From contig NC_092678.1 of the NCBI RefSeq assembly GCF_964355755.1, positions 11,468,352-11,532,351 on the forward strand: a stretch of 64,000 nucleotides of DNA. Direction: 5' to 3'. The stretch comes from Antedon mediterranea (Eukaryota > Animalia > Echinodermata). The notes beneath the pieces are model-generated. The model made no database searches. It worked only from the letters and a program-made list of their open reading frames with translations, and was not told where the DNA came from. Shown one piece after another: positions 34,313 to 46,812 of this stretch (within the stretch, counting starts at the first letter, position 1; every line of letters begins with the position of its first letter). The position numbers and the translations under genes were made by a program.

Positions 34313-37300
34313 GTAATTTATTTGTTTGATTATACAGTAATAGTTTATTAAATATCATTATTTAATAACATGTTGGTTGCCAGACTTCTTCAGCTTTCTT
34401 CACCTCCTCATTTGATGATGTCATGTGATGACATTTTTCAAAAGAATAATTTCTAGGTCTAACTTAACTAGTCTAGGTATAGAAGTCTGGTAAATCTTTG
34501 TAACCATGTGAAACTTAAAGTCTGATGTTCTATGACGTATTGGTTGATAAACATTGATCTTGTTCCCTGAACAAAACCGATATGTGAATGTTGCTGTGTA
34601 TAGTTTAGTTTATAGTGTACAGAGAATTAGTATAACAAATACATCAATTATCTCTGACACTGACAGTATACCACATTTTAATTGTCAAATTGTCATCTGC
34701 GAAATTGCATTTGCGACTTAAATTCAGGTATGTCAATGCTAAATATTCATAATTACATTTGTTACATTAGTATACTAAGACTGCTCGCCGGCTTTTGCAA
34801 ATTCTCTCGTATCTTTTAACACTAGCAGGTCTGAAAATAATAATAAAAAGTGGTCCAGAATTGGGACCGTGGTCCGGATTGCCTCCAAAACAAATGGCAA
34901 TACGCCAAACAAACTACCCATAACATAATTCAGGCAGCGATAATTGAATTAATGTTAGTTACTTTAATACAAGTATATATTAGCCAACTCATTTATCAAC
35001 ATGTAGTTCATAAACATTTCAAACAAAGCATCTGAATTATAATTCATCAAATTCCATTGCCTGTTTTATGCACCGTTTCGCCTGTTCAGTTGAAACAACA
35101 GTTTTCCACACGATACTTTTAGTGTTGAGTTCAATTTTGTCTGCAATCAAAAATAATATGCATCTTTAGCACTGACTTCACTTACCTGCAGCACTGAATT
35201 CACTCATCTGCAGCACTGACTTCACTCATCTTTAGCACTGAATTCACTCATCTGCAGCACTGAATTCACTCATCTGCAGCACTGACTTCACTTATCTGCA
35301 GCACTGAATTCACTCATCTGCAGCACTGAATTCACTCATCTGCAGCACTGACTTCACTCATCTGCAGCACTGACTTCACTCATCTGCAGCACTGACTTCA
35401 CTCATCTGCAGCACTGAATTCACTCATCTGCAGCACTGAATTCACTCATCTGCAGCACTGAATTCACTCATCTGCAGCACTGAATTCACTCATCTGCAGC
35501 ACTGAATTCACTCATCTGGAGCACTGAATTCACTCATCCGCAGCACTGAATTTACTCATCAGTACTGTTGTTTTCATTATCCATCAAAATATTCCCATCT
35601 GTTTCACAGTAGCCTAATTAGTTGCAACTTATTATAAATCTAGCAGCTAATCACTTTGCCTTCACCATGTCATTGCATCATCAAACAAAATTGTTAAATT
35701 GTCATTACAATCTACTTCTTGTCCTGTTATTTACTACAAAATTTCTCCTACGCAAAACCTTAAAATCTATGCGCAAGTATAGGTGCCCCAGACATTTACA
35801 CTTGATATCTCTATTTATGTTCCGCTTATCTAAAAATATCTTGCCTTTTCATATAAGTTCTCTATTTTCAAAAACTGCTGAAGGTCATACACATAACACT
35901 AGAAGTTCGATAAATAATTTTATTCCTGATAAGTCGTTTTATAAGCCCCGTCGTCACTCTGTTTTTTATGTTGGACCTAAGCTCTGGAGAGTTATCTCAC
36001 AAGAGTTAAAAAGAAAATGTACAGTCTCTAGTTTTAAATACAACTACAAAAAGCTTTTAGTCTCTGAATATAATAAATCATTTATTTGTACTTAAATACT
36101 ACGTATTTATTATTATTATTAACTTATTATTACTTGTGCAAATGCTAAAGTTTAAAACACTTATGATTCATTTTAATAACTTATACTCTGTTTTTCTTAT
36201 TTATTTACCTTTTAAATTTTTTATTTTACTTATGTATTTTTACTTCTTATTTTATATTCTTACTATGTATTAAATACTCGTTATACTTGATAATGTTTAT
36301 TGTATCTTTTCTGGTGGGTAAGCCTTAAAGTTCTTTGAACTTATTTGCCCACCAGCCACACATCTTTCTTGTATATATATATATGTTTATTGTTACTTTA
36401 TTATCATATTCATTTTGTGTGGAAAATCAATAAAAACAATATCTGGCTCGCAACATCATTTGTAAATTACAGTCTGGCCCATGATACGAAAACCCCTGGC
36501 ACACAGTAGATTATAGGTATCTTGTCATGTTTACATTTAAAAGAGAATGATCAGATGACATCATTTAGAAGATATCAAATGAGGAGGTTAGATGTACATC
36601 ATTCTAAAGGATGTAGACATGACATGTTAATCATAAATCTAGGTTCTCCACTGTCCAACAAGATTTGTTATGTTGCCAAGCACAGTATTAATGGGTAAGC
36701 TGTTGATTTGGTGAACATTACAGGTGTATACATTACAGGTGTATACATTACAGGTGTATACATTACAGGTGTATAAATTTGACATAAATAGCAAAACTAC
36801 TGCTATAAAATATAAAGTTATTTACATTTTTTAAGTAATTTGTTTGTTGATTTGTAGTTACAAACCCAGTTGATGTAACTAAAATTCGGATGCAACTTGA
36901 TGGTGAACTTGCAGACCAACGAGGACAAGTAAGGACAGCATATCAAAACCGGTACTATAAAGGAATCATCCGTGGTGCTTTAAGAATTGCGAAGGATGAG
37001 GGAATACTAGCACTTTATAAAGGGTAAACACTCCCAACAAATAATTAATAACTAGTAATTATAATATACTAATATAACAAATCATTAATATTAAAAAATA
37101 ATCTAGTTTCATTAGACTTTTTTTCATATCATTCATTAAGATTTTTTTTTTTTAATGAACGTTTTTAACTATCGACAAATAAGAAAAAATCTCAAGCAGC
37201 TAGTAGTATATGTAATTGTATGAACAAAATTATTACTAGGGAAACATTTACTGTAGTGTTGTTTATAAAACTGAACTTATTAAAAGGAGAAAAATTGGAC

Positions 37301-40300
37301 TGCTCTGAACAAAAACAAGGCCAACAGCCATTAAGTCGCGTGCTACAATGCATAATGATACCGGACCGACAGACAGACCGATCGACAGACCGACCGACCG
37401 ACCGACATAGTGAACTATAGTCGCGTCCACGCGACTAAAAAGGCATAATTTTGACGAATTTTTTAACTTTTTCATCAAAAACGTGCGCAAATTATCCAAT
37501 TCGACGTGCATGTATGACGTAATTTTAAGTCGAAATTGTTTAAAAGATGGTAAAATTATTAGAAAAGGCTGCAAAAACATAAATCACGCGAAAAAAGTAT
37601 GTATTTAACGCTACGTGCGCACCACGCGCGTAAAAATTTGCGCGCGTATGGGAATTTTTGACATGCTCAAAATGACAAGAAACGCGTAGAAAGTTGATTA
37701 AAAATGAATTTTGCGCATTTTAAATGCGCGTGCGCGCGTAACTTTGTGGCTTTGTGACTCATGGCAATGTTGTAAACGCTTAAAATTGCCTGAAACGTAC
37801 TCTTATTTCATCGAAAATAAATTTTGAAAATTTTAAGCGCGCGTAAATGCGCTACGCACGTAATTGTATTGCCATATGATGATTTATGCCCTGAAATTTA
37901 TGAGTACCAAATTTTATTTAATTGTGATTCATGGTTATGAAGATATGATTACAAACTTGATTTCGTTAAATCGTGCGTAGACCGCGTAATTTTTTATTGC
38001 GCACCGTGAAAACATAACCACATCGATTCCTGGCCATAAGGAATATACTGTGAAAAATTGACTTAGCTAGATTAAACTGATATCAAGATAAGGTCAGAAA
38101 GCGATAAAACGCATAGTAATACCGGACCGACAGACTGACCGACCGACATAGTGAACTATAAAAATAGTACAAGTCAATGTTTTAAAGAGTACAGGTTTGT
38201 AGTTTTGATGCTTTACAGTGCATTGAAACATTAATATGTAACGTAATCTGTGAATATAAACCAGTAACTGCATACGTTTTAATTTAATCAGTTTCTTTTG
38301 TCATAGTTTAACACCATCACTGATCAGAGAGTCTGTGTACAGTACAATACGTATTGGCTCTTATGAACCAATAAAAGTTCTCTTCGGTGCCACCAATCCA
38401 TCAAACACCCCATTATATAAAAAAATTTGTGCAGGAGGAACCTCAGGTAAAGTGTTCTCATTCTTTCATTTACTTCAGGCCCTTAGCCAGAATGAATGAA
38501 CCCCACTGGTTGCTAGCAAGCTCCACCTGGCCAAAAAATAAAATAATAAATAAAAACAAACTAGAATTTAATTCCTCACTTTGACGGATTATTGGTGATC
38601 ATTGTGATAAAGATAATTTTATTAACATTTAATTTTAAAAAATACATTAAAATATAAGCGCAAAACATTGATGTATTCCATCCTTTGACCTGCTGCTGAG
38701 TTGTTCCTATTATGTGCCTATACCCCTTTTACACTGCCAGTAAAAATGCAGAGTTGATCCGGAATTGTATAACCCAAGACGTAACCAGGACGCAGAAATG
38801 CTGAAATGTAGGCCGGGGTAAACAAGGTAAAAAGTTACCTGGGTCGCTGAATCACCCAGGTAAGTGATGCGGAATGTATTCAGCATCAAGTCAACCCGGA
38901 ATGAACCCATAACTTGTGTGTTCGCGGTGTAAACAGTCCCGTGAATGTTTTCCTGGCTGGTTTCAATCCTCACTCACTATAGTATTTAATTTACATACAA
39001 TTAAGATAAGGTTGATTTTGTTTTTTCGCTTATTTAATAAATAAAAATTTTTATTTAAAGAAAAATTATTCTCCACGAATAGACTTTTTTGTATTGCCAT
39101 AAAAAAAAAAAAAAGCACGAATGTGCAATACTCGGGGTACAGCGAAAGAAGCTATAATGACGTCATAAGACCGGATGTAACGTCACATACACGTCAATAA
39201 CCGCGCTACCAAATACGGCTATACGGTATCATCTTCGAGACGTGATATGGCTGCATCCCGTTTGAAATTAAACAAGGCCAACAACCATAAGTCGTGTGCT
39301 CTCAGCAAAAAATGAACTTTCAAAAAGTAATGTACTTTAAAACTTTTCTGTACATTAAAACAGTTCAAAAAGTACAGAAAAGCGATAAAACGCATAGTGA
39401 TACCGGACCAACAGACAGACCGACCGACCGACCGACATAGTGAACTATAGACTAAAAATCCGGCTCTATAGCTTTGAGGACATGTCCCTGTAGTTTATTC
39501 ATGCTAAATCCGAGCTAAATACTACAACGAATAAGGGAGGAGTAGTACTTTATAAATCGCACTTTTTGCTCAATAGTGTCCGGATGGAAGAAGAAGAGGA
39601 AAAGATGAGAGAGTCTTAGACTCAGGTACCCCGAGTAATAAAACGAGATATACTCTATATCATATTACGTATACAGTATATTTCACCATAAATTTAAAGA
39701 AAAATAGGTTTCGCCAGGGTTCGAACCGGGACCTTCTGCGTGTTAAGCAGACTTGAAAACCACTACACTACGAACCCACTTACACTAAAAATGTGGGTTA
39801 CAGAAAGTTTTTTAATCCATTTAAATTACAAATAAATATGGTAATAAGCACAAAGCAAAATAAACATGTGTAAAAGTGATAATTACCGATTACGCAAAAT
39901 AAGTATTTTAAAAAATAATAAAAATAAGATATACTGTGTATAATTATCATATTGCGTATACAGTACTTTTCACCATAAAGTTTTAAAAAAATGGTTTCGC
40001 CCGGGCTCGAACCAGGTACCTTCTGCGTGTTAAGCAAACGTGATAATCACTACGCCAAGAAGCCGCATATAACTACATAATGCTGTGGTGTGTGTCACAC
40101 ATTGTGGCTTTTTAATTAAACAAATTAATTAACAAAAAAGCATGAATGTGCGATACTCGGGGTACAGCAAATGAAGCTGTAATGACGTCATAAGACGGGA
40201 TGTGACGTCACATACACATCAATAACCTACCAAATACGGCTATATGGTACCATCTTCGAGACGTCATATGGCTGCATCCGGTTTGAAATTTAAAAATCCG

Positions 40301-43300
40301 GCTCTATAGATTTGAGGACATGTCCCTGTAGTATATTCATGCCAAATCCCAGCTCAATACTACAACTAATAAGGGAGGAGTAGTACTTTAAAAATCGCAC
40401 TTTTTACTCAATAGTGTCCAGATGGAGAAAATGAGTAAGTCCTAGACTCGGGTACCCCGAGTAAAAATTGTAGGAGTTAAAATGAGCAGAGAGGGTGATT
40501 TCGATTAATCTAGAACATTTACATGGGTCGGCATTTTTCACTGTAAATACACGCAACCCGTGTCATTCCCGGGTTAATGTATTGGGTGTGAAAAGGAAAT
40601 CTATCCAGACACGACACAGGTTGATTCTAAGCCCAGGAGTGTAAAATGGGTAATATAGATATTGTATACAGTTTAAACTGTATATCTATACACAGTGTAG
40701 CATAGGTGAAATTATGGGAGGAAAAAATCTATTTTTTAAATTCAGGTGGCCAAATGATGATGTCATACTATTTTGTATGTCTAATATGTACATGAATTCA
40801 TATCTACAACTCATTGGCTTCCATAATAAGTTTAACTTTAGATTTGAACTCGTCACTTTGACGAGTAATAGTTCACTTTGACGAGTTAGTTATCCGCACA
40901 ACAAACACATACGTTAGAATATTGCGCACAGAAAATTATGCCATTTTGACCTGAAGAAAATAAAATGTTGATAGTGACGTGCTCTCTATTTTGTTACACT
41001 ATACTAAATACATACTACATACTGTGTAGCAAAAGTAAATTTCCTTTTACGAAAGAGACAAAAATCCTATATTTTATATTCGGGTGGCCATACGTTGACG
41101 TCATAACATCTGAGCGGTAACAATTTTGCATGAATTTATATCTACAATTCTACTACAACAAATTTTTGATCCCGAGGAGCTATAATAGATGATTTTTACA
41201 ATATTTTGTAACTTTTTCAACTAAAACGTGCGCAAATAGTCTAATTCAACGTGTTCGTATTTCATGATTTAAAGTGGAAATGGTCTAAATTGTTTTCAAA
41301 ATTACTAGGAAAGGCTTGAAAAATATAATTCAAGAGAAAAAACGTACTTTCATACTCCATGAACACCACAGAAGCTGGCATAGTGATTTTATTTATGTCA
41401 AATCATTCAAAAATATAAACACCAATTACAGGATAAAATAATTAAAATAAAATACACAGCATAAAAGAATTTAAATAGTTTTGTATTTAATGTTTAAAAA
41501 TGAAAAACTAAAACATAAAAATATCTTATGATGGGAAACTTACATGTATGTACACAATTCTACTAAGGGATATAATAAGTTATTGTGGTAATTTATACAA
41601 TATTAATTACGATATTAAGCTGCTGAAAAAGAAGTACAGTATATATATAATAAAAGATCACTCAATACAAAGTTTGTATTAAACTTTATTGATTAATTAT
41701 ATTGTAGGGGCAATTGGAAGCAGTATTGCAACACCAACCGATCTGATCCGTGTTCGCTTACAAGCACAAGGACGGCCAGGGGCTGAAACTAAATATTCTG
41801 GCTTTATTAGTGCATTCACACATATACTAAAGAATGAAGGGATACGTGGGTTGTATCGTGGAATGTCACCCACTGTCCAGAGAGCCATTGTTGTAACAGC
41901 CACTCAGGTACATTGTTAGTTTATCAGACCAATTAAATTATTTCACAGCTTTTTTTTGTATATTGGATTTCTGTGAGGTTTTAAGGTGTTTTTTTTTTTT
42001 ATTCTTTTATAAACATATTAATAATACAATTGTAAATACATTGAAATATTGATAATAAATGTTCTAGTACAGTAGAACTCCTAGTGATATCTTCAGGTCT
42101 CCAAAGGGTAAGTAGCATAGAAAGACTGTTTTGGGGGGTTTTTCTTCACTTCACACCTTTTTTATGGATCATAAATTAACTTAAATGTGAAATAACAATG
42201 CATATACCTGGAAATGGGTAGTTTAATGAAAATTTGTAAATAAATATGCCTATTTTTTATATTGTTGACTCTCCATTAAAAAAATTTATTATGGGAGTAG
42301 TTATTGAGTTGTCGATGAATTTGTGTGCAACTTTTACCTTTTATCAAATTCAAGAATGAATCAATATGAATAAGCGAGAATCTTAACAAATTTACTAAGA
42401 GAAAATATTTCTAAAAAAATGAAGGAATCAGGAAAAACAAAAATAAAATTACATTATTATTATACACACAATTAAAACAATAAACTGGTTGATTTGATTG
42501 ATTCTTTGCTGTCAGGCACAAAACATTCTGCACCTTATTTCAAGATGGAAAGTCTTATTGTAAGCATGTATGTAATGAATTAACATTGATTTTGTAAAAC
42601 CATTCTTTAATTAAAATCACATGAGGATAGGCATAGCATTTAATATCTCGTACATTGCTCTTTTAGACTGCTGGTTATGATCACACTAAACACACAATTC
42701 TGAATGCTGGCCTTATGAAGGAAGGAGGTGCTCTTCATATTACAGCTTCAATGATAGCGGGATTTATGGTAGCTGTAACGTCATCACCTGTTGATGTAAT
42801 TAAAACAAGAATTATGAATCAAAAAATAGATGGTAAGCAATAAGTTATAAAATATATTTGAATCATTTTCATTTTGATTGTATTTGTGCTCCCAAATACT
42901 GTCAATTAACAGGGGCGGATCCAGCATTGTAAGTGGGGGGGGGGGGCCTAAATATCTGAATATAAGTAAATATAAATATGTTATTGATTTAATATTGAGT
43001 AGAACACAGTGATTTATATAGTCAACTAAAATTTGGGAATTATTTCCGAAAGAGAAACTTGTCATAAAATGAGACCAACTGCTTGAGTCAAATTTAAACA
43101 AACCCAATTTGTGTTTTGTATGTAACATTAGAGTTGAGGGATGGGGAAGAGGATGGGTGCCAAGAGGAAAACATTTTTAATATATTCTTTATCCATTCAA
43201 TAATGAAATATTAATTGTTCTCATGTTTACAAATAATATACCACTAAACACAGTGAAACATTGCGATTTAATACTTTGAAACTTTCACTGTCATAGTTGA

Positions 43301-45250
43301 TTGAAATAGTAAAGTACATGTAACGTTACACCACTACGACGTTTATATTTTGTGTAATTACAGTATTAATTAATACAAACGTCAGTAATAAAATGTATTT
43401 TCATATTGTGTTTTGTAATGTAAAACAGTTTGTGAAAAATACCTCTATTCGGGGCAAATCGTAAATTCGCTTTAATCGTCAATAAATAATTAGCTAACTC
43501 AAATGAATTAGTAGACCTAATGGTTTTCAATTGTTTCTTAGAGCCAATTCATACTTAAGTTGGTTCCTACCCACCAAAGTTGTTTTGCGTTAGTGCAAGT
43601 GAACCTTCGTACTGTAGGCCTATCCTAACTTGTTTAGTTGCTTAGAGTCAGTTCATATGGTACGTTATTTACACGATCGTGGTGAGGTGAGGGTATTGGG
43701 CATATCGAGGATTGGGGTTCGCAGTCGGTTAAGGGGTTCGCCCGAACTATAAAAAAAAAAACCTGGCTGCGGGCCTGATAATTTTATATATAGATGAGTT
43801 AGCTCTTTCTACACCAGCCGATGTCATGGATGTTAATAGCATGATATTTATTATTATCCAAGTGATATTTGGGAACATTGCACTGCGCGTGTCTGCAAGT
43901 GTTGTGGGGATGTTTTCTTCTGTCCGATTTCCAAAGTCGAACTGTAGCCTAGCTCTTGCTGCAATGTACTATACGATGGCAAGTTGTTTTTATAGACCTC
44001 AATTGCATCTTTGCTAAGAGTTGCTGAATTACATGGAAGGACTTGAAGTGCGTGGATAGACTTAGTTGACATATCTCCAAAGTAGCAATCACTGAACTGC
44101 TGAATAAGTGAATCTATAAACGGATTACAAATTGTAAATTTGAAATACATATGTGGGTATGTAGCTGGGTTGTTGTTACGTTGGGTTTACGCTCCACATC
44201 GCCTTGGTGGTTCCATTGTATTGTTGGAAATGCTTGCCATATCTGTCATCCTTCTCCACACTTCTTCATACTGTTGCTCATCATTCCTTGCGTCCTCTAA
44301 CACTCGCTTTACAATTGCAACCATGTTATCCCCCTCGATGATGTTAAGTGTTGACCCTTGAAATTTACTGTTGATTCCACGAATGTATCCAAAACAATGA
44401 AAAATGGTATGAAAACTGGCAATGAATGTTGGATCTGTCAGTTTCTTGAAGAGACCTTGAGTGTCTGCCATTGACTTTGTATTCCATCCATGTTCCCTGG
44501 AACTAATTGCCTCCAGACACAGGATTAGTGGTTTGTACATTTTGTTAGTTAGATTTAGTACTCCATGTTGATCAATTACATTCGTTATTAGCGACCGTTT
44601 ATTAAGATAATATGTGCAACCTTACTAAACGATGAGTCAGGTTGCAGAAAAATAATAATAGTCATTATTTTACAGCCTGTTTATAGCTCCCGCCTAAATC
44701 CACGCCTGTGAGCCAAAATGTAATGTGCTCTGGTGGTCAAACATTTAAAATCCTCCTGTAGTTAGAGCAACAGGGGTTTTAACCGTTCTTTTTGCTTTGA
44801 AATTAAAAGTTAACAGCAATCACCAATTAAATGGCATTCTAACACCCTATCAATTGTGTGTTTTGAACCATTTTTGTTTTCAGAACGCTATTTAGCCGGT
44901 TTTTTTCATAGCAGTAAGAGGAGGACATTATTGCATATTTGATCTTTCTGACCACAATTATGTTAATCATGTGACTAAAAAGAATAAGCATATCTCTTAA
45001 GGTAGTAATAGATAGTAGTAGTAAATACTATGTACTAATTTTGTTTAATTTCTATTTTTCAGGTATATGTAAAGATCAGATTATGTACAAACACACGCTT
45101 GACTGCTTGTGGAAAATACTACGAAGTGAAGGGATTTTTGGACTGTATAAAGGGTTCATTCCAAACTGGTTAAGACTTGGACCACATACTATAATCAGTT
45201 TCTACTTGTTTGAACAGTTTAGGTCAATGGCTGGGATAAAACCTATTTAA
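34240..45250 (+). CDS. SLC25 mitochondrial carrier, UCP-like (ucpB / SLC25A14-A30 neighbourhood), 310 aa, 6 exons
   Basis: Exons 34240-34312, 36858-37023, 38307-38446, 41708-41907, 42667-42832, 45063-45250 total 933 nt in one frame; three Px[DE]xx[KR] motifs (PVDVTK, PTDLIR, PVDVIK); EG...LY[KR]G; PNWLRLGPH. Confidence 0.95.
35160..35560. repeat. Minisatellite, about 18 x 22 bp
   Basis: unit CTGCAGCACTGA(A/C)TTCACTCAT. Confidence 0.95.
35790..36435 (+). mobile_element. 3' fragment of a CR1/L2-group LINE
   Basis: HTHNTRS...SVFYVGPKLW...FKYNYKKLL, then a T-rich UTR and AATAAA. Confidence 0.65.
36858..37023 (+). CDS. SLC25 carrier exon 2 (VTNPVDVTKIRMQL...EGILALYKG)
   Basis: AG/GT boundaries; first carrier signature. 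Confidence 0.94.
37313..38165. mobile_element. Helentron-associated (HINE/DINE-like) non-autonomous element(s)
   Basis: AACAAGGCCAACAGCC..AAGTCGCGTG end, (GACC/GACA)n tract, hairpin AGTCGCGT-CC-ACGCGACT; interior recurs inverted at 62650-62790 and 63800-64000. Confidence 0.65.
38307..38446 (+). CDS. SLC25 carrier exon 3 (LTPSLIRESVYSTIRIGSYEPIK...)
   Basis: atag acceptor, CAG|gtaaag donor. Confidence 0.94.
39706..39777 (-). pseudogene. tRNA-Val(AAC)-like copy, probably a pseudogene
   Basis: GGGTTCGTAGTGTAGTGGTTTTCAAGTCTGCTTAACACGCAGAAGGTCCCGGTTCGAACCCTGGCGAAACC; stem mismatches; T-run downstream. Confidence 0.7.
39992..40064 (-). pseudogene. Second, more degenerate tRNA-Val(AAC)-like copy
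   Basis: same TTAACAC anticodon loop and GGTTCGAG B box; shares downstream flank with the first copy. Confidence 0.65.
41708..41907 (+). CDS. SLC25 carrier exon 4 (AIGSSIATPTDLIRVRLQ...TATQ)
   Basis: AG/GT boundaries; second carrier signature. Confidence 0.94.
42667..42832 (+). CDS. SLC25 carrier exon 5 (TAGYDHTKH...SPVDVIKTRIMNQ)
   Basis: AG/GT boundaries; third carrier signature. Confidence 0.94.
43790..44560 (-). mobile_element. hAT transposase remnant (ZMYM1/PRKRIR-like)
   Basis: YKPLILCLEAI, F....GYIRGINSKFQG, PRRCG.TQRNN, YFKFTICNPFIDSLIQQF; frameshifted. Confidence 0.75.
45063..45250 (+). CDS. SLC25 carrier exon 6 (…YKHTLDCLWK...PNWLRLGPH...GIKPI*)
   Basis: tttcag acceptor; TAA stop. 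Confidence 0.94.
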
Positions 45251-45699
45251 TTGCCTTTTTTGTTAAATGAAAAGTGTGATAACATGTTCAATAATATTGA
45301 TTATTTCATTTAATGCCAGTCTCCATTAATAGTTTCAATAATAAATTTAGTATTTGGTAGTTAAGGCTATATATTAAATGATATTTCGTTAAGTGTATCA
45401 AAGACTTCTTAAGCTTTTAAGCGTGTGTGACCCTCTGAATACATCCAACACTGCAATCATATGGCAAGAACTGCCGTGGATGACAGCGCCAATATTTCTC
45501 CAAACAGTATTTGGATTGTTTAAATGTCTCTTTCTCTATGACATGGCTAGGTAGGTAAACTACACGTTACATAAGGAATTTGTACAAAATTTCTGCCAAA
45601 TTCTCAGCCTTGTAGGTTTTTAATAATTTTCAGTTTATGACCTCTTGTTCTAGATCTGACCGCCAGCTTTGAAAAAATGTTACTCTGGATTTGATCAAT

Positions 45700-46280
45700 T
45701 CCTTTAAATATCTTGTAAATCTGAATAATTGCAGATCTTTGTCTTCCATTCAAAAGTAGCATTTCTAGCCTCTGATCATATGAGTAAACCTCAACTCTAT
45801 GATCATATGAGTAAACCTCTACTCCATAACATTTTCAGTTTTATCTGATTCTTTTAAAAATATTTGCTGCCATACAGTATTTCATAAAAAAAATGGAATC
45901 TTATTATTATCTACCAGTAAACCTAAGTCCATGATTTTGACAACTGATGGAAGAACCTTGTCATATACAATGTTTGCAAATTACTTCTTTTATCGGCACC
46001 TTAAACATTAGGACCGCATGGCCACTCTTTCCAATGGGAGGGTAAGTAGAGAAATCAACAACACAGGCTAAAATAAATGGATATGCCAAATGCGAATTCT
46101 ATTGGTGTTTTTAATATGCTGGAACCAGAAAAGATCCTTCACCAAATTTGAAAATAAACAACTTTCAATTCTTACTGTATTTCCTTCAGAATCAGAATCC
46201 AACCAATTTATATCGCCAAAATTAAAATCTCCAGCAACTATAAAATAATCATGACTTCAAATGTCCTGCTACATACCATA
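45700..46280 (-). mobile_element. Highly decayed LINE endonuclease fragment
   Basis: minus strand reads DYFIVAGDFNFGDINW at about 46200-46250; boundaries approximate. Confidence 0.4.
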
Positions 46281-46812
46281 GGCCTAGCTCTAATTTTTTA
46301 GTTTTCTGCACCGACTGCTGAAACATCCTTCTGAACTGAATATTTTTCTTTTACTTTCTTATTGCTGGATCTCGGGCTTCGGATGAAAACGAGACTTGAT
46401 CATTTTTACCGTTTTGTATTGTATATTTAAGATTAAAAACTGCATTTTGTTTTTTACAAAATAAAGCATATTATGGGCCTATCCGATATTATTTTAGTTT
46501 GAAGTAGTATAAGGCTTTTATATAATGATAAGGCAAAAGTAATATGTTAATACTATGTATATGCAAGGAATAGATAGTCAACTGTTATAATAATTGTAAA
46601 TAAATATCAACAACAAAACGTTTGTGTGTGAAGTCTTTATAACAAGACTGTATACAGGCGGATCACCTTTCCAGCCTCCATATATGAAATATACAACTTT
46701 GTGAATCTGTTCATTCGGCTGGTTTATTACGAACATCCATCGAACAAGCGTGTTTACGTGAATTACGTGTACATAATGTTATCGTACAGTCACATATGTA
46801 AGCAAAACTAGC

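Larger units (their letters stand above)
39110..40468. mobile_element. Two direct copies of a ~330-bp HINE-like element flanking a tRNA-Val-like tandem
   Basis: 39110-39642 (with a nested 39270-39457 insert) and 40131-40468 align; each has TACTCGGGGTAC and the inverted GTACCCCGAGTA. Confidence 0.65.

Noticed and set aside
35160-35560. CRISPR-like array (also considered 4225-4504, 13195-13495, 61975-62280)
   Set aside because: Head-to-tail repeats with no unique spacers, no cas genes, and a eukaryotic intronic context
38721-40652. Harbinger-like TIR pair (CCCCTTTTACACT ... AGTGTAAAATGGG) around the tRNA-like cluster
   Set aside because: TIR match is short and imperfect and the flanking triplets differ; plausible but not supportable by eye
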